Notes: generated by a model not told the origin, from the letters alone. A DNA stretch of 64,000 nt from Nemertoderma westbladi (GCA_032718475.1 JAUCBJ010008638.1:26405-90404); one strand, 5' to 3'; positions 13,570-26,560 are shown, counted from the stretch's first letter. A program made the numbers and translations.

Positions 13570-16500
13570 TCAGTAGTTACCCAAATCAGCGCCACGCAAA
13601 CCCGCACCGTCTCCAAATCCCAAGCCCCGCAATGGACGCCGACCTCCACGGAGGCAGAGGGAGCTAGACCGGAGGAGCGCGAACTGCAGCCGCCGGCAAA
13701 CACCCCCCAGCACGCACGCGAGGCCCCTCTCACGCATACCATCCCGCTGAGCCACAAGTGACTCCGCTAGATGGCGAATTAGTATTTGAGCCTCGGTGCA
13801 CCAGACACCATCAGTGGTGCCAACCAGGGGGGTGAAGGCCATCCTCCGGTCGTTGCAGACGATCTGGTAGTGTCGCTTCTTCAGCCGACACCTCTCCTCC
13901 AGGAGAGACTCAGTTGAACGGTTGGTCTGGACATACGAGGTGGCGTCAGCGTTGATTAACGCAATGTCGAATGACGCCACCCGTTGATTGGCCCAGACCC
14001 CCCGAGCAACCAGGTCTGCCCGTACGCCCCTCACCTCCCGGCCCTCCCGATCCAAGTACCCCCTGGAAAGAGTCACTTCCCGCTCAACGCTGGACGGACC
14101 AACCACAGAGGCTATCAGCTCCCCGAATACCTCCCGGGCCTCATCATGGCGCTTTATCACCAGCCCACCAGACTTGCAGCTCAAAGCATGGGATGTGGAG
14201 AATGGGCCCCCACACCCCTCACACTTCACAGGCAAATCCGGGGGTACAAGGCCATACCGGAGCGCCAGACAATCCCGGAACTCCTCCGGGCTTAGGTCCG
14301 TGTTGTCCAGCACCGATGGCTGGGCTGTCAACCAGCCTCCGGTCCTGTGCTGGGTTGCCCGCTCCACTGTCCGCCTTCTGTCGGCGGGTAGCTCCCGTAC
14401 GGTCGCCTCCTGTTTCGCCGTATATACGGCATCCTGGTAAACCCGCGCCTCCTTTAGGACTTCTCTGAGTCTGGCGACGTGGTCAGCAGCATGGAGTGGC
14501 TGGCCGGACCGGACAGCCTCAGAGACCAGTGAGGTCCCGTCGGTGGATGCTGACCGGGCTGGACCAACCCGCATTAGCGGGTCTCGTAACCCGACACCAC
14601 CATGACGAGCGGGGAGAAGGAACAAATCTTCCTCAATAGGCCCAACGTGGACACCAAACAGGGACGGGAGATACTCTCGCGTGAGTGCTGTCCGTATGGG
14701 TATGAGGTCTTCCTCGTCAACAGGTACTACACGCAGGAGGTAGTCCCACTCGGCTTGTAGGCATCTCGACATCCCGGTGTGAGCGGTTTGAGGGAACTGT
14801 TTGGCGATTTCGGAAAGCCGCTCGATACTTTTGACCCAGCCAGCTACTTTATCCGCTACATACTCCTTCCGGCCGACCGTTGAACCAATGTAGCCACCGA
14901 GAAACCTCTGTCCCAACACGATCTGGATTCCTGATGGACCAAACAGCGCCTGTGCCTCGTCCTCGAAACCCGGCTTGACGATTAAGAAGCTCTTAGTCGG
15001 CTTGGGGTTGTATCCTATACCAGGTCCCAGTTTACACAGCTCACGCCACCAGCTCCAGACCCCCCTGAGCGAGCTGGCTGAGGAGGCATCGTCTGCATAC
15101 CAGCACTGTCGCTAGGATTCGTTAATGAAACCTGATGACACGTCGAGTGACTCTTGGGCATCATCTGTATATGATCCTGGAACAGGAGAGGAGTCAAATT
15201 CCCTGGAGGAGCCCGGAGTAGGGTCAGGTTCCCATGGAGGAGTGGAGGCGACAGATGTAGCATCCAAACTGGAGGAGCCAGGAATGGAGTCAGGATCCCA
15301 TGGCGGAGTGGAGGCGACCAATGTAGCATCCAAACTGGAGGAGCCCTGAGTGGTGTCAGGATCCCATGGAGCAGTGGAGGCGACCAAACTAGCATCCAAA
15401 CTGGAGGAGCCCGGAGTGGAGTCAAGATCCCATGGCGGAGTGGAGGCGACCAATATAGCGTCCAAACTGGAGGAGCCCTGAGTGGAGTCAAGATCCCATG
15501 GCGGAGTGGAGGTGACCAATATAGCGTCCAAACTGGAGGAGCCCAGAGTGGAGTTCAGATCGCCCGAAGGAGTTGATTCCAAAATGGATGGGCCCTGGGA
15601 GTTGTCAAGTGGGGTGGAGGCAACAGGGGAGGCATATATGTTGGAACCCAGAGATGAGACGGGATGGAGTGAGGCTGAGGCCGTTATCGACCGCAACTTC
15701 CTAATCATAGGGATAACACCCCCGCCATATGCTAGCATAGCGATTGGATCACCCTGGGTCCAACCCTCTTGGCTCCACAGTGGGGGACCTTCACTCCCGT
15801 GAATATAGAGAGAATCGTGGCCGTTGTGGGCGTTATATAGGAACCTAGAAGCCCGGTGCCAATATATCCGACAGTTCCAGAGACCGACTGGACGACTGAT
15901 GCTGTTGAAAGCATTTGTAGCATCGACCAACAGCATTACCTCGGTATCCTCCTCCTCAAAAATGGCCGACATTGCGTGGACCGCACCCTCGATGCCAGCC
16001 TTTACTCCAGCACAGAGTTGATCGGCCCCACACTGGGCGATGAGGTCCATTTTGGTTACAAACGCGATGCAGTTTGATAGAAGCCTGTATAGGACCTCAC
16101 CGACACCAATCGGGCGAACCCCGGGCAGTGTGTCAAGCGCAACCAGGCGACAGGCACGCAGGGCCCTTATCTCGGACCACGGTACGATGGTGTTGGCGAG
16201 TCGACGTGCCAACCCAGACACTGCCACTCGGAGCCGGGCGCTGTGTGCTTCAAAGCGGGTCAATACGGCGCTCCACCACTCGGCATCACCACCGGCAGGA
16301 CCAGCGCTGCCACTGAGAGATCGGGCTACCTTCAACACCACCTGTCCCGTAACATCGACCCCCTCAAAAGGCGGGAGGTCAGGGCAATGTTCGAATGCGT
16401 CTGGCGAAACCGCCATTTGGGGTGGATGTTTCGATTGAAGAACATCACGGACGGTGACTCTCGGGGGCTGACCCACCGCCTGTGCATTCGGGTCGAGGAT

Positions 16501-16985
16501 ACCGCCGGTTTCACGGTCTGTCACGGATCGAACCGCCGCCCGGTTCATACCTGCTAGGATTTTCCTATTATAAACTCTTGCCGCATTATCCATGTTCGAA
16601 CCACGCGTAAACCGGATAGGAAACTTTGAGTTACAACGTTCGGCCTCGGTAAGAAGGGAGTCAAACTCACCCATCTCCCACATCCCCACACGCCTCAGGA
16701 TGGTCCTTCTAATATCTGGGGTCTTGACCACATCAGGGTCCCGCTGGAAGACCATGGCTATGAAGCACATTGGATGCTCAGATGGGAAAACCCCACCTGT
16801 AAGATTATCGATTTCCTGGGTGAGAAAATCGACAACCTTTCTCCCTGCGTTTCCTCCCGGGACGATATAACGGTGGCTGGGTAGGCGGGTCAGGCGGGTG
16901 TGTCGGTCTTCCCACATTTGGTCTGTAGAGGAACCGGGGCTGTTTAACCACACCCCCTCGAACGCGGTCTCCAGAACTTCCGTAG
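13570..16985 (-). pseudogene. RT-RLE ORF of CRE copy 2 with a single premature stop
   Basis: ORFs 15112-17025 and 13570-14919 share a frame. The TAG at 15112-15114 (ES*RQCWYADD) corresponds to Gln in copy 1 (SQRQCWYADD). Confidence 0.9.
15200..15560 (-). repeat. In-frame 66-bp minisatellite (SSSLDAILVASTPPWDLDSTPG, about 5 copies) inside the RT domain
   Basis: Period 66 (15421 to 15487); lies between QGDPI and WYADD. Confidence 0.93.
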
Positions 16986-17514
16986 TTAATTTGGTGATTG
17001 TTATTAAATAACAAATTAATTGCAATAATTAATTAATAATAATTAAATATAATATAAATTAATTATAATTACATAAAATATAATAATAATTGGTACTAAT
17101 GATCACAGACGGATTTTGTTGGTTTAGATTGAATTGATTTTCTCGTACTTCGCCTGTACTGGTCAGGCTGATGAAAGAGTTGAATCTGCAATAATTCTAT
17201 ATGACTTCCTAGCAATGTTTGCCTTTTTATTCGAGGCAATAGCGCATTTGTATTACCATCTGATCACATTTTACCGGTTGTTTCTTTCTAGAATATGAAT
17301 TCCTAACTTGTTCATCATTTTATTAATGCATGCAATTGGGCAACAAATTTGTAAGATAGAGCCTTTTTTTAACACATTCATTAAAAGGACTAGATGATAT
17401 TCTAGAAAATTAATAAACAAAACCCAAAAAAATATGCAAGCAAAAAACATAACATATATATATCATACTCAAAATACCCTCTGTACCACGAAGGGTACAT
17501 GTCTGGGAGCTTCT

Positions 17515-17740
17515 GGTTAGCTTATATGATCTTAGCACTGGTTCAGAAATCTATTAGTTGTAAGTTCGAGCCCTGCCGTGGTCATCTCAACCTTTCATTC
17601 CCTGCGGTCGATAAAATGAGAACCAGTAGAATTACTGGGAGCAAATTATAGGATTAGGAGTAGCGCCCACCCCAATTTCGGGTACCAGTTATTGAAAGAG
17701 AAACCTTCGGGTCGCCTCTGGCTTTGGACAACTGTTTGCT
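17515..17740 (+). mobile_element. tRNA-derived SINE, same family as 5427-5760
   Basis: B box GTTCGAGCCCTGCC, GGTCGATAAAATGAG, TTACTGGGAG and GGAGTAGCGCCCACCCC in the same order. Confidence 0.75.
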
Positions 17741-17878
17741 TTGCTTGTTTGCTACTTCTTAATGGTGAGAGCTAAGGATCGATAACCGTTGAGTAAGATA
17801 TGATGGATGAGTGATGAATGAGGACCAGTAGAAATACTGGGAGCAAAACAGTTTGCGTTTTATGTACCAATGCAACTT

Positions 17879-18421
17879 CAGTTTTAATGTGTTAGTGCGT
17901 GAAATCATGAAGTTAAATAAAATATAAAATATGGTAAATAAATATTTGCCTAGTCCATAAGATGCATAAGTAGCAGTCTTGAACTGCATTTTAATGAATA
18001 TTATTTTTTATGATGGGAACATGTTTGGCAGGGCTAGACACGGAGAAACTATACAGGATCAGTTTTAATGTGTTAGTGCGTGAAATCATGAAGTTAAATA
18101 AAATTTAAAATATGGTAAATAAATATTTGCCTAGTCCATAAGATGCATAAGTAGCGATCTTGGACTGCATTTTAATGAATATTATTTTTTATGATAGGAA
18201 CATGTTTGGCAGGGCTAGACATGGAGAAACTATACAGGATCAGTTTTAATGTGTTAGTGCGTGAAATCATGAAGTTAAATAAAATTTAAAATATGGTAAA
18301 TAAATATTTGCCTAGTCCATAAGATGCATAAGTAGCGATCTTGGACTGCATTTTAATGAATATTATTTTTTATGATAGGAACATGTTTGGCAGGGCTAGA
18401 CACGGAGAAACTATACAGGAT
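17879..18421. repeat. Tandem triplication of a 181-bp unit
   Basis: CAGTTTTAATGTGTTAGTGCGTG recurs at 17879, 18060 and 18241. Confidence 0.95.
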
Positions 18422-18998
18422 ATCTAATGAATCAAAAATCTGTCCACTGGCGCCTAAAACCCTAGGGGGAATACTGCAGATAGGGTGTTCAGTGTATTAT
18501 GGTGGTGATGTTTGCAGCGATCATGTAGGATGCCGATTATGCACAATAGGTATAGTATACTATTTCATTATATATAATTATTTATGAAACAAAAATAGTT
18601 AATTGTTTCCAATTTAATTAATCTCCCAATACTAATCATCTGATTCATATTTGTTCAATCATATTATTAAGTTATAATATAATAAATATACTTAATAATT
18701 TGCTGTGTCTTCGATGTAAAATCATAATTTCATTGATAACTGTAGCTGTATAAAATGATCAACAAATGATCTCATGATCGTGAATTCAATGGTCGTTGCT
18801 TGATTGTATTAAAAATGAACAGAATAATTAATCGATAGGCATTTCATCATAACATAGAGAACTATCTAGCTAAAATTTAACACTACCATGAACTATGCTG
18901 AAAAATTTCCCAAACTATAGAGTGAATCAACGATCCCCGATTACTGCCTTAACTTTATTATTGTGACAAATTAACCTAACTAACTAACTAACTAACAG

Positions 18999-19275
18999 GT
19001 GAATATATAATGGAAAGGCTTGAGAGAAACATCAACAAAAGGTCCCCATCATATTCTGACTGTTTACTAGCCCAAAGGAGTATGTTTGAAGCTTACATAA
19101 TGGGATGCGCTGGCCCAGTCGTGAAAAAGGATATAAATCGTTGCTATTCAGAGTACTGGATACACCGATGGAATTATAAGAAACGAGTTAAATTTGCATA
19201 TTGCAGTGAGATACTCGATTGGTATACGAAAGTATCCTCTGGACAAGATGTCGCATTTGGAAATTACAACATAAA
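18999..19275 (+). CDS. Probable penultimate exon of the EGF-repeat gene (unrecognised Cys-containing domain)
   Basis: CTAACAG acceptor and GTAAGT donor; open frame EYIMERLERNINK...FGNYNI; starts in phase 1 (compatible with the EGF exons) and ends in phase 2. Confidence 0.65.
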
Positions 19276-19456
19276 GTAAGTAAATAATTTATTTATTTAT
19301 TTATTTTTATTTTTTTCAGTTTTTTTTTCTTCTAGAATTTTTTATATATTAGCCTATAATATTATATCAATAGTATTAATATCTAAACAGAAATAGCACA
19401 AACAAACACAAAGCCTTCCAACTAATAATCCCTAAATTTAAAAGTCTAAAAAATTA

Positions 19457-20114
19457 TGTGACGGGATCATATATCCCGACCGGGTTGGATATGTACGGGT
19501 ACGCGTCACCGTCTCGCTGGGCTGTTGCACTATAGTCGTTTTGGCCAGAGGCCGTCGGGAAAATTATGTGGTTTGAGTTTCTCAATATTAATGTTTCCAC
19601 TGACAATAGCACAGGATCAGTATATCAGAAATCAGTAATGACAGCAGAAAATACAGATATTAATTGGTGGCGGTGACGGTCATAAACTATGACCGGTCTG
19701 CAACTGAGTAACTAATGAACTGACCGGTAAATCAGTAGTGCAGAATAATATATGATTAATACACATGGATATTGATTTCACCTCTTACTGTACTTGGCCC
19801 TCTGTACCCAGTGGATGCTTTCCTATCTCTAATCACGTGCTTCCCTCTCCGCTATTGGCTAATATACTAATTGTCACGTTGGCGCTCCCTGCGAGTGCCC
19901 CCCCCCCCCCCGCTGCTAGCCTCTACTAGCTGTATTCCCTCCGAGGTGGTTTGACCTCTCACCTCTCTCTGTGGCTTTAGGGCTTGTGTCCCCCCCCCAA
20001 TGTTGGTTATGAGGCGAGATTAATATTGGTAATCTCGTATCCCCAACTATATTGGAAAAATGCCACTGGTCCTATTCTAAGGTGGATAGTGCAATGGAAT
20101 TGAATCCGCTTACA
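19457..20114. mobile_element. Solo LTR (family A)
   Basis: TGTGACGGGA...CCGCTTACA termini; perfect 5-bp TSD AATTA at 19452-19456 and 20115-20119; homologous to the split LTR at 23735-23923 plus 41402-41877. Confidence 0.85.
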
Positions 20115-20129
20115 AATTAAAAGTGAAGC

Positions 20130-20664
20130 AGTCTGGTCCGCAATGGGTGTATGGGCTTGGGGAGCAGAGAGAAGATCATAGAGACCCTCCAATAGTGCAG
20201 GGTCTGCGGTCCCGAGGATGGAGGCTGTGTTGCCGTTCAGGATGGCTATGAGGGTGCCTTGGAGGAGAAACCAATGGGATCTCGGTCCAAGGTGGTTGCC
20301 CACCTCCTTTAGGATTGCAGCCGTTTCGGGGCTGGGTCAACAGAAGGTGTCGAAGGCTACCAGGTGGAATAAGTAGCTTTGGTCGACTAGTTCCACATAC
20401 TTCGCGATCTTCGTGTTCTCTGCCTCCTCGACAACACGGCGGATAGCCACTGCACTCGCAGCGAGATGACTGGGAGTGAGGGGGGTCTTCGATGGTCGCA
20501 TCCCAGGTCAGCATGCGGCCGTGGCTCCATGGGACAAGGGTGATGCTATCGATGTTGCCATGGCTCGCCACACTATGTCGTTCAACATAGAGTGACTTTC
20601 CATCCTTCTGGCGCTTCTCCGACATGACAGAGCGTGGAGGCCGTCTGATCTTACGTCGGTGGTG
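20130..20664 (-). pseudogene. Degenerate RLE-domain fragment of a different CRE-like retrotransposon family
   Basis: Minus strand reads DGLHALSCRR...LNDIVWRA and, in another frame, ITLVPWSHGRMLTWDAT. Frameshifted and interrupted by the hAT derivative. Confidence 0.65.
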
Positions 20665-21239
20665 CAGAGGAGCCGCTAGGGTGGGGCAGGAGGGGGCAGC
20701 CGCCCAGGGCTGCCACTTCAGGGGGGCGAAAAATTTAGAAATATTTAGGAGAGGAAATTGGGACTATATGCAAAATGTAGAAATTTAATCTTTAGTAGTG
20801 GTGGTTACATTATGGCCTGCAAACATAGGAAGACAAGACTTACTGCAGGCAGGCTGGCCTACCTGCCTATTATCTGTTGTAATTGGTATGGGCTCTTTCA
20901 GCAAAATTAAATTAATATTAAATCACTTACGAACTACAATGAAACGCTTGTCTGAACTAGCCCTGCTTAGTATAGAGTCCGCAACAGCTTAGTAACAGCT
21001 TAGAATTCAATTTATTAATTACCGAATTTGCTTCAATCAAATCTCGTAAAGTTTTTTTCTAATTTGGCCTATTTATTTTTGTAACAAATATAATCATGTT
21101 CTTTAAATATACTCAGTTTCCATAATTCTTTTGTGTTATAGTTTGTACAGTATTTATTTTTTTTGGGGGGTGTGGGGGGGGGGGGCGCTCAAAATGGGAC
21201 TCGATGCCCAGGGGCGCAAACAACGAAGCTCCGCCACTG
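20665..21239 (+). mobile_element. Non-autonomous hAT derivative
   Basis: CAGAGGAGCCGC / GCTCCGCCACTG ends; 8-bp TSD CGGTGGTG/CGGTCGTG (1 mismatch); internal remnant SFSKIKLILNHLRTTMKRLSELALLSIE of the hAT dimerisation domain. Confidence 0.85.
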
Positions 21240-22277
21240 CGGTCGTGTTATGGTGGTATAAAACAATGTTATTTAGCTAATAATAATGAGCTGATCTATC
21301 CTCCATTGAGTAGGTCGTCAGCCCAGAATGTGGTTGAGGCGGGGCAGGAGTGGAGGTGGTGTTGTCGACATTGTCTGAGTTGGTGGGGTCACCATGGTGG
21401 GTGTCGAACCGGAACCTGTACAACGGTTCCTGTTCTGTGGACCCATATCCGACCGCTGCAGACGCTAAGCACCGTTGACCTCAAGCAAACTGGGCAGGGA
21501 AGGCGTAGCTGCCTAGATATGCTGCAGTCACTGGCGGTGAACGACGTCGAGGAAGTCATCTACTCCTCCATTTACTGTTCTACAAAATTATTAATAAAAT
21601 ACTGAATTGGTCAACAGTCTGTATGTCTGTACAGCAGTAGGATGAACCGTAATGTAGGTACATTTTTGGTGTATGTGTTGACATGCCTATTACTACTGTA
21701 TTATTATCCGAGATTTTATTTATTTAATTATTTATATTTTCAATTGTTTTAAAAAAATCAAATAAATGTGTTGAATACTTTGGGTTAAATATTACTTAAT
21801 AGATGGCTTAACATATTATAAGAAATTATTATATTATAAGTTAATTATTATCTCACATACGTAGAATACAATACAGAAATAAAAAAATGTTCAGAGCAAA
21901 AGTTTTATTAGGTTTATTATATAAATTACAATATATTTTTTTGTTTTTCTGTTAAGATAATTTATTTATATTATTTAAACCTATGTGGACTAGTATATTG
22001 TACATTTATGGACCCCAGCAAAGTTATAATTGCTAGCAATTTTGGGTGCCTAATCAGCTGTTTTTCAATGAAATCCCCACAAGTTGGATTTTGCATTGAG
22101 TGAAAAATGGCTACTTCCTTCTAAATAATATCGACGGTAAGTCGAAATATTTCGAGCTATTAGATAAACAATAGGTTAAAAATTAGTAGATAATAATTTA
22201 ATAACATATTATATTTTTTATCAGGTACATTTCCTTTCTTCTTTACCTTTTCATTTAATAAATTAATTTAATTTAAG

Positions 22278-22404
22278 GATGTGGTACATGTGGGAGTCAA
22301 CATCGAAAATGTGTGATGCCCCTGAATGCCTACCCGCCTGGGCGAGAGACCCCATCCACCATCCCAATGACGTGAAACCATTACTCCTTGGACCTTATAC
22401 CTAG
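22278..22404 (+). CDS. Probable terminal exon of the EGF-repeat gene
   Basis: TTTAAG acceptor; phase-2 start completes AA+G (Lys) from the previous exon; reads MWYMWESTSKMCDAPECLPAWARDPIHHPNDVKPLLLGPYT*; AATAAA follows. Confidence 0.6.
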
Positions 22405-22470
22405 GTCTACCGACCTTATTTCTGTTCACTATTGCACACAGTTCCAATAGGTTTAAACGTAGTTAGTTCT

Positions 22471-22476
22471 AATAAA
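22471..22476 (+). terminator. Candidate polyadenylation signal of the EGF-repeat gene
   Basis: AATAAA 66 nt after the predicted stop codon, followed by T-rich sequence. Confidence 0.45.
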
Positions 22477-23923
22477 TATTTAAATTATTTTTTTCTTCAA
22501 CATATGTGATGAAACATATGCACTACTGTATAGTAGTAAAATGTAGATAGGCCTTTAGGAGTACATTACAAATATATAGTAAAACAAAAATACATCTAGG
22601 CCTACATGAAGTTAGTCATCAAAGATAGTCTAACAACTTGGGGTATATAAATAGTAATATATAAATATAAACAGCGATTCTGAGTTTGATATTATATTAA
22701 ATAAAACGGGAGGGGTGATTGTCATTTAGTTTAGGCCTATAGTTTTAACAAAACATTATTTTAACATACCAAATGTTGCCGTTAGGCCAGGGATTACGTA
22801 CAGAATCTAACGATTTATTTCCTGTGCAGTCCCCCCAGTACTATACTCCCCGGAGGAAACACCAGTACTCATTTAGCTACCACGTAAGGATGCAAGGCAT
22901 GCGCCCTGGCTAGTCCATTCAAAGCATTCGTGCTGAAACGAAACCCTGACTGACTCATGCGATGACCCCCAAGAAATGTCAATTCAATGCAACTACTACA
23001 TCAAGGACAGTGAAAAAATTGTTTCGTCCAAGTTAAAATTAAACTATATTTAACAATTTTATTTTATAAAAATATTCACAAAATATATTTATGTAATCAG
23101 TGGTGCTACACTCTAAGCTATTGATGTGAAATGAAAAAATGTGGATATTTTCTACAGAAATGATTTAACAAATATCACTATTTTTATCTATTTTTTTACT
23201 TATTTAATTATTTATTTACTTATTTTCTATTTTTTTACAGCTTTCTGTGAAACGAACTATAGTGTGGCCAAATCTCTACTCTTTCAATTCATCAAACAAT
23301 AATTTAGATAAGTTTGTGGAGTACTGTGGCTTTTCAATAATATTATATTCTTTACTGCAAAAATTTCTTTCTTGACTGCATAAATGACGATTTTACTGTC
23401 TTTTACACTTCAATCTAATGATGTTTATTAATTTACTAAATAAACTTGTTGACTTTAACTCCATCGCAAGAATTATATTCAATATCTTGATTAATAGGGG
23501 AAAGAAACTAATTTGAAATCAATTCGAACTAGTTCAAACTAATCTATTGGAACTGAGTTCACATCTATTTTAGACAACTACAACAGTAGCAAGTGCAAGA
23601 CAGGTGGTGGTCACGGGTGGAGGCTGTATATGGAAAATATAATTATATATTGGTTGAAATTTGAAATGAAATATTGTTGACATCTTCAATTTAATTATAT
23701 ATTATATATATACTCAATACATTTTGGTAAATTATGTGACGGGACTGGTGGAGTTGACAGACTCAGTTCCGACCGGTGAAGATTGTACGCGTCGTTACGT
23801 TGTAGGCTGTTGGGTATGTTAGGCCGAAGGCCATTGAAAATAAGAGTTAGATTCTCAGTGTTGTTAATCACAGCAGTTAATAATAGCACAGTCTGAATGT
23901 GATGATATGCTGTGCACAATAGC

Positions 23924-25780
23924 TATTCGAAGAGACAGTAACAAAATACCCTGCAATATCTTACTGTAAAGTTTGTGAATCAAAACATAATCCGACCTTC
24001 TCACCAAAACAGTAAACTCTAAGTAAGCGAATATATATTGCAGTATCGGTCTCTTATAACCGGTGAGGCAGAAAACAGTCTACGAACGGACAAACTTCGA
24101 TAAAACAAAATCCCGCGCAGCGAATCCTAAAATCAGGCTGACTCACTGACGGACTAAGGGGCTCGTATACTTTGCCGCGGTGTGATTTATATGGTTGGGA
24201 TAGAGAGATGCTAGCTAGGTGCAGAAAGGTCTAACTAGCGGGCAAAGCGCAGTATGGACAAAATTATTTTATATATTTTGAGGTGTAAATAATTTCTAAC
24301 GCGCGTGTCTTGATTCTAAACAGTCAAAGTCAGTTTTGCTCCTTCACATATATAATTACTGGGTCCGGTGTGCATTTTACAAATATTCTAATTTTATAAC
24401 TTGTAGGTCCAATACTCACGAATGATAAGGCTCCTTCCCCTTTTGTGTATTTCCAGGACTCAAATTCAGGCATAAGGTTAATACTACGCCCAGAATTCGG
24501 CAATTTAATTTACCAGGTCCCTAATACTAAGAAGAAATGTGTTAGTTTACTACAGTAGGCGTACAGTTACTAATAGCTAGCCTGGTGTTCTTATCTAGAA
24601 TTTTGGTTGCCTAGATGGGCGCGGCAACTTCCTAACAGAATGTTGGCGGGGACACGGTAGATGTTAGTATCCCTAATAGCCTCAATTTATTTGCGCCTAG
24701 TGGTAAACTGCCCTACCGCCTGAACGGTACAATCCTAATTCAGGTAAAACACAGTAACCCTTCTAGCCTACAAGTTCTAATGCAATGGACACCGTTGTGC
24801 TACAAACAGTCGCCGACGCACCTATACTTAGCAAGAGTTAGGCGTACAGTTTGCTGCACCCTACCAATGTGTATGCCTTGTACCGGTGTGCCTGCATCCT
24901 ATCTGTGTACTAGTATCTCTGCCTGCTCTCCCCCGTAGGAATGTGAAGGTCTACTGCGGGTTTTCTCTGAATTAAGACAGTACGGTCCCTAGATGTAATT
25001 TTTAGCGCACAGCGTGTCACTACCTCTACCTTCGATCTTTGGTCTTACACTTAGGTAGCAAGGCATTGAACGCTGTCTAACCTTTCAGGCGATGGGCGAA
25101 TAACTAAGAGTGATATTACGGGTTGTCTCCTTCTACATTCCTCAGATGTTCTCGTTCATTGCTGTGGCCCGATGTTTAGCCTGCCATCCTGTCCCTCAGT
25201 TAAGTTCACCATGGTAAAATATGATAGGAAAAGGGCAGATGTAACAAGTATTTCTAACTTTATTACAAAACTAATATACAATAAACAATACTAAGATACT
25301 ATGCTAAGAGTATAATGCACTGAGAAAGAATAACTAATGAACAAAATCGCACCTTTTATAGCAAATTTGTGCTGCAATCAATCGAGATAAATCTAGATTG
25401 TTCTATGAGTTCTAATAGGTTTTTAAAGATAACTATTGGTCCAGCGAACACGTATCTTGCACGACATTGGTTACTATCTAATAACTGCAATCCTATTGGT
25501 TAATCTACCTTGAGCAAATGCAATTTAATTCGTAGCGGTTAATTTAAATGGGTTGAAATTTAGTACAAAAAATAATTCGCACCTACTAGGATTCAAACTC
25601 AATACCTACTACACGAATTTCCAACGCTTAACCGACTGAGCTACTGAACCACTTGAACAATGTCATACAAATAGATATACTGAATGCAAATGAGGACTTA
25701 ATGTAATCTTTATAGCAAAGTTAATTCGAACAAAATAAAATTTTGAAAATCCACGGCATTTATGAGAATATAATTCTATA
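23924..25780 (-). repeat. 3' LTR of BEL element 1
   Basis: Matches 39544-41401 with about a dozen substitutions and one indel by eye; short purine tract GGAGCGG precedes it on the minus strand. Confidence 0.97.
25575..25650 (-). ncRNA. tRNA-like Pol III module in the 3' LTR
   Basis: A box TAGCTCAGTCGG, B box GTTTGAATCC (one substitution relative to the 5' LTR copy), T6 downstream. Confidence 0.55.
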
Positions 25781-26179
25781 CCGCTCCATGAAAACAGGAT
25801 ATTATCGTGCATAAAATATACGGTTTTCACCAATACTAAATCAAATTATGGAATACTTGGGACGTACTTACATATTATTTTACAAATTAAATCTCAACAA
25901 TAATACCTTTACATAATAATTCGATACAAAATAATTACAAATTCAAACTTTATGTATTTAAGGCTTTATTAAGTAAGTACAATATAAATCTAAATTAAAT
26001 TCACCAAAATAAATCTATTGCATCTCAAATATTGCATAAATTCAAACAATCACAAGTACAAATGCTACTTAAATATAAAACAAATTGCATAAGTTCCTGA
26101 TAATTTCAAATAAATCACAAGAAAGGCTCACAAGTCTTCCGTCTACTCTTGCCTTCTATTTACTGCGAATACAAGTACT

Positions 26180-26560
26180 GCTTCTTTATAAAATATAAAT
26201 TGCATAATATTCGAAACAATAAATTGCGTAAGTTTGGAATGACTACAAATATAGCACTTTCTAAATATAAATCTTTCTAAATGTAAATATAAACTGCATG
26301 AGTTTAGAACAATATAAACTGCATAAGTTTAGAACAATATAAACTCCTTTGGCATCTCAAATATAAATCTTTCAAATATAAATTCCTTCTAAATATAAAA
26401 CTTTCTGAATTTCATAAAATCGGAACAATACAAATACATAAACTTGGGGCAATAATAAATTGCATAAATTTAGAACAATATAAATTGCATAAATTTAGAG
26501 CAATATAAATTGCATAAATTTAGAGCAATATAAATTTTAAACAATACAAATTACACAAAC
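26180..26560. repeat. Degenerate ~25-bp AT-rich tandem repeats in the 3' untranslated region of element 1
   Basis: ATAAATTGCATAAATTTAGA(A/G)CAAT units, clearest at 26455-26535. Confidence 0.75.

Larger units (their letters stand above)
13414..16985 (-). mobile_element. CRE-clade non-LTR retrotransposon, copy 2; 5'-truncated with poly(A) tail
   Basis: 28-nt poly(T) on the + strand at 13414-13441; TSD TTAATTTGGTGA(TT) at 13402 and 16986; full RT and RLE motif set; collinear with copy 1. Confidence 0.93.

Noticed and set aside
6674-16870. Many overlapping + strand and alternate-frame ORFs over the CRE elements (likewise over the BEL ORFs)
   Set aside because: These are shadow ORFs of GC-rich coding or repeat sequence with no independent motifs.
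16986-17025. ORF-track start MQLICYLITITKL for CRE copy 2
   Set aside because: It lies in the TSD and flanking DNA outside the 5'-truncated element.
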